A stretch of DNA of 60,237 bases, the filler included, from Bipalium vagum (Eukaryota): the NCBI GenBank assembly GCA_037834085.1. It is 3 parts of 3 records of this genome, joined end to end, with 100 filler letters (N's around TTAATTAATTAA, not from the genome) between each part and the next. Parts side by side here need not be neighbours in the genome. Positions count along the whole stretch, not along the records: positions 43,002 to 60,237 come from JBBMKC010073635.1; 2 more parts are not named here. One strand, written 5' to 3'. The notes beneath the pieces are model-generated. The model had not been told where the DNA came from. It saw only the letters and a program-made list of their open reading frames with translations, and ran no database searches. A program made the translations under genes and the position numbers. Below, in pieces: positions 55,601 through 60,237 of this stretch. The stretch's first letter is position 1. Each line of letters begins with the position of its first letter.

Positions 55601-56609
55601 CTGCAAACTGCATGCTCATTCCAATGAGTCAATATTGCCTTGACACTTGAAGAGAACAGAGAATAGCTTGTTTTCTGTATTAACTCTTTGGGACTTAAGT
55701 TGGTCGCCTTGGAAGCTTTAGCGATTAGACCGAACACAGTCATTCCTGAAAAAGACAGGTGAAGAGCATAACTAGCTCTCATCACAGAGACACAAAAGGG
55801 GTTTCTGTTGGTTCTTTTGCATTCCAAACGACACAAATATAGGTGATGACAATAGGAGAGCCGGCTGAAAATGAGTGCTTGGATAAGTCTACAAACTGAG
55901 AGTCAAGGATTAATTGCCCTTTGGTGAGCTCATCCCCTCTGCTCCCGAGAGTTTTATTCAAAATTTTTTTTATTTAAAATTTATTCAAATTTTTTTTTAT
56001 TCAAAATTTTTTTTCTGCACTAATCTAATGAAAGGCAAGAATCGAATCACAAGAGCCCTCAAGAGACCGGAGCAAGATGTCACTACTCCGGACGAGGTGA
56101 ATGACATCAAATTGTCACTAGTTTGCTCTGATATACACGTTGGGGTCCCTACCGCAACTGGTTGATAGTCTCCGGGTTTTAGAGTGGACCCATCTGTAAT
56201 CTTCTAAGGACAGAACTTTCATGTCCGGATGATGATACTTATTCTCAATGGCCAAGTGAGATGTCAAACCCATGAGTTTGTTAAATTTGTCCTTCCACCG
56301 AAGCTGAGCACCTTCGGTAGACATTTCAGCGATAATGAGCTCCCCGTTGGCATTCTCTTCCAACAAGAAATAGAACATTATTAAAACTAAGGCACTCGGT
56401 TGAGTCTCTACACAGTGAAGCCCCGTAAAAAGCAAGGTTGTGGCCTCAGTTGCCGTATCTCTAGGTGTGACTAACCATTGTTTGTCTGGGACAAGAAGGA
56501 TCGGAAGACTGGAATACATTGAATATTTGTATTCTAATTCTACGTTGTCGGCAGAAATCTTGTCTTGAAATTCCACGTTGAATTCATAAGAGAAAAGTTG
56601 ATTTTCCAT
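55600..56609 (-). pseudogene. Endogenous viral element: negative-strand RNA virus (rhabdovirus-like) nucleoprotein N, frameshifted and 3'-truncated
   Basis: Intronless GC-richer island; ATG at 56609; joining frames gives about 330 aa including RFLPFIRLVQK and VMRASYALHLSFSGMTVFGLI, resembling the RL--K and L---GM core motifs of plant/invertebrate rhabdovirus N. Recognised by eye only. Confidence 0.6.
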
Positions 56610-57194
56610 GGTATAAGCAGTATTATATTCATTTAATAAAACCGTTTATTCACGTTGATTGCCTAACAATTTTTTTAATTTCCCCTTAATCAAATCGTCT
56701 ACTTTTTATCACTATAAAAAACTATTTGTGGAGTCGGAGCGAGAAAAGAAATAATGATTTTGCAATTTAAAACCCAAAGCAAACTCAACCAACTTAAGTT
56801 TGAAAAATTCGTGATTTTGGAAAATTTAGATTTTATTTATAATTTAAGAAAACATTTTTTACTTGTGTTTGATTTTAGTTACTTTATTGAAAAGTGTAAA
56901 ATTTTTACATTGATTTTCAGAAAGTTTCATTATATAATTTGTAATTAGTGTCATTCTTGAAATTAAATTGGGTCAGATCGCAAATATGGTCTACCCATAC
57001 TCAAAAACTTAATAAATCTTAAATTTTAATTATTTATAAAAGTGAACCATTTATTTAAATTTCTTGTATTTTGTGTTTTTGGACATTGAATATTGCTACT
57101 GATTGGATTCTAATTGAATACGATGAAATGATATATTTTTATTTTTTTCGATATTTATTTTATTTATTTAATAAATATAAATATAATAAAAAAT

Positions 57195-57359
57195 TCCCCT
57201 CCTTTAAATCTCATATGCATACCCTTAACTGCCCCGAGTCTCTTGGTGTCTTGGTGTGGTCGCCATGTTAGTAGGAGGGATTCGAACCCGGGACCTTCAT
57301 ATGCGCATGCATTGTTCTGGACGCTGAGTCATCCCCCGACTAATTTTCAATATATCTCA
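57195..57359 (-). mobile_element. tRNA-containing TRIM, copy 2: complete 94-bp LTR (57266-57359), PBS, 71-bp internal region, PPT
   Basis: Minus strand: TGAGATATA...GGGGATGACTCAG...GGTTCGAATCCC (B box)...CTAACA | TGGCGACCAC ... AAAGGAGGGGA. Confidence 0.82.
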
Positions 57360-58764
57360 CTATATATATATGTAAATTTTTTTCATTCTATTTTCATTAA
57401 GTATTTCAAATATATTAATTTGTAAAATTTGTAAAAATATCTAATTTATCTCTTTCTAGGATCCAGAAAGAATTTAAGGAATTAATGAAATCACCAAAAA
57501 CTGTCAATAACCAATTAAGTTAACCCTATGACAATGCTATGTTATTGCTATCTATTCAGGCTCTTAGGTTCTCCTGAGCCTGGTGATCCCATGATACAAT
57601 GGTTTCTACTCAATAAGCAGATCTGTTTCAATCTGTTTATCTGCTCTTTCCATGAAAAAATTAAACATCGAAGAAACAACAGAACATTTATTAAAATAAT
57701 CAGTCTTTCGTATTAAGAATTACAATTTGGAAATATTGATTTGTAATTTTTTATATTTCAACTTTACACAAGTGTATTACTTTAGATTGATATTAAGTAT
57801 TTTATTCATATACATATATATTCATATTTATCTAAGTTAATTATTTTTTTAACATTTGATGCGACTAAAAAAGATGATTATGAAAGTATATCTAAATTCA
57901 AGAATGAGTTAATTATTGACACTTCTGCAATATCTAACATCTATTATTCATTATTCATTTATTAATGGCTTCAAATACACAGTACTTTAAAAATAATATT
58001 TATTATTCACCTTTATTAATTTTATAAAAATATAAAAATTAACTAATAAAATTTAATTATCATCATTTTCGATTATAACGAGTTGTTTGGGACTGGATAT
58101 TTTTTTCATCCTCTAAGATTTTATTCTCTATTAACAAGAGTTATTTACAATGAACAATTGTGATTTTTCTATCTATAAAATAATATTTTAAATTTGTACT
58201 AATTATTTACTTAGGAATCTCTTAAATTAATGTATATAAACAAAAATTGTCTGTAAAATAAAATTTTGTATATTAAAAAATGTTTTCCGCAAATTTTTTT
58301 TATTACATCTATTTTTATTAAATAAATATCTAAAACAAACATAAAAATACTACGTTTTACCTAAAGTAAACATTTTTCGCTATTTCCTCTAATAGCCCAA
58401 TAATTCTAAAAATACTTCTCTATTATTTCAACGACGAGAATTGGTATTTTATTTTTTTATAAATTATTATCTGGAAAATATTGTGATTTTTTACTAATTT
58501 TAAACTTTATTATTTAATTAATTCGTTATTATATATTTATAATTAATTTAATTAGTGCAGTATAGCATTTCTAATCCGCCACTCTCTGTAAACCGCCAGT
58601 TTTTAGAAATTTATATTAGGCGTATGTATAAGTTTTAAACCATTTTTTCATCGTTGTTTTACTAATCCAAATATTATCAAATAACTGTCGCTAAATTTTA
58701 CATTGGTAATCAACATATTAAACTTTATAAATACATTAATTTTATACTTATACTTAAGTTATTT

Positions 58765-59748
58765 TATAAAAATCGTGGATTCAAAGTCGGAAATTTTGAT
58801 GTTACCGATCGACCACTTAGTGATGCTCCACAGACATTGGAATCAGCCAAACTGGAAGAGCTGCTAAATGAAAATACAGCCCAGATGCAAGCAGAACTCG
58901 CTAAACAACTTGCCATTGATGAAAGAACTGTGGGGAGACGGTTACACAACATGGGAAAAATTTAGAGGGCTGGAAATTGGATTCCGCACGAACTTTCCGA
59001 AAGCAATATTTTATGCCGATTAACAACATGCCCATCCCTTATTTCTAGACAAATAAAAAGACTCTATGGAAAATCGTCACTGGAGATTAAAAATGGATTA
59101 ATTACAATAATCAAAAATGCAAACATTCGTGGATGGACCCTGGAATGCCAGTTAATTCAGTTGTCAAAACAAATATTCACAATAAAAAGTACTCCTTCGC
59201 ATCTGGTGGGATATGAAAGTACCCATTCATTGTGACCTCTTTCAAGCTGGTGAAACCATTAATATGTGAAGTTATTGCAAACAATTGCTGCATTTCGCTA
59301 AACAAGTCGAGAAAAAAATCTTTTTTCGGGCAAGGATCGCGATGATTGTCCTGCTACATGACAATACCAGACGCATGTAGCGAAACATGCTCATGAAACA
59401 TATTTACAGTAAGGCTGGGAAGTTCTCCCTCACGCGACTTCTTCTCCAGACCTTGCTTCTAGAGATTTTTATTTGTTTCGATGAATGCAACATGAATTAG
59501 CTGGCTGTCGTTTCAATAATGTTGACCATACGAAATTTTGTCAAGAATTATCTTGGGTCAAGATGAACATCTTTCTATCGAACCGGGATTCGGTAATTAC
59601 CTGAAAGATGGTAAAAAGTGATTTCCAATAATGGATATTATGTTGATGACTGATTTTTTAATCCCTGCGTATAAAAATAAATATATTACCTTTTTAAAAA
59701 CATTTATTTTTTTTTTAAAAATGGACTAAAACTTATGCTTACACCTAG
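58765..59748 (+). mobile_element. Decayed mariner (mauritiana-like), 5'-truncated
   Basis: WIPHELS, IVTGD*KWINYNN, IWWD, LLHDNTR, SPDLASRDFYLF; TIR ...ACTTATGCTTACACCTAG|TA. Confidence 0.92.
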
Positions 59749-60237
59749 TATGTAAAATCGCCAATAATTTTTAACAATGTTAGCACATAATAATATATCA
59801 AATATTTGTTTTAATTTATTTAAAATTTAGATAATGAATAATAAAGGAAATTATCCAAAACTGGAAAAATTTAGATTTTAAGATATTGCAGCATTAATAC
59901 AATATCTGATAATAATGTTGCAAATATCTTTTCAGTGAAATTCAAGAAAGAAATTTCAAGACTAACAACAAATGACATTCGAAAGAATAAACACAAAATT
60001 TTAGAAAATTCCGAATAACATACTGTGGAGTATCCCACAATAAACATTTTATTAGAAAAAATTTTGATGATTTTTGTGTTTTTAATTTTTATGTGTAAGG
60101 ATTTGTGAAAGATAAAACCCTTCTCTTTAATTAATTATAATTAATTATTATTATTATTATTAGTAATATTGAAAGATAAGAAGATATTTTAAGAATTTAG
60201 TAGTAAATTAAAATAAGAAACTGGATATTTCTAAAAA

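Noticed and set aside
57266-57340. Functional tRNA-Ala gene or simple tRNA-SINE
   Set aside because: Cloverleaf is broken, and the permuted module order with PBS and PPT fits an LTR element better
1-60237. CRISPR arrays, operons or prokaryotic defence systems
   Set aside because: Sequence is eukaryotic (spliceosomal introns, Frizzled); no regularly spaced repeat-spacer array seen

Overview
Very AT-rich animal genomic DNA (visually about 25% GC, short 45-55 nt introns, (ATT)n tracts, four N gaps). It is compatible with a flatworm-like invertebrate, but the host cannot be proven from this sequence. Host content: first coding exon of a Frizzled-5/8 gene (minus strand, about 9.5-9.8 kb), a phase-consistent multi-exon gene of unknown function ending in a SAM-like helix (minus strand, about 20-37.6 kb), and a tRNA-Asn pseudogene. 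The rest is mostly transposon remains: many mariner, Tc1, DD37D/DD41D-like, pogo, hAT and Merlin elements plus Gypsy fragments. Two features stand out. (1) A frameshifted, roughly 330-codon endogenous viral element resembling a rhabdovirus-like nucleoprotein (55.6-56.6 kb), fused to a mariner 3' half. (2) Two copies (33.3 kb and 57.2 kb) of a miniature LTR retrotransposon whose 94-bp LTR is built around a tRNA-Ala-like Pol III unit, with a tRNA-Arg-type PBS and a PPT. All family calls come from motif recognition by eye; no database search was run.
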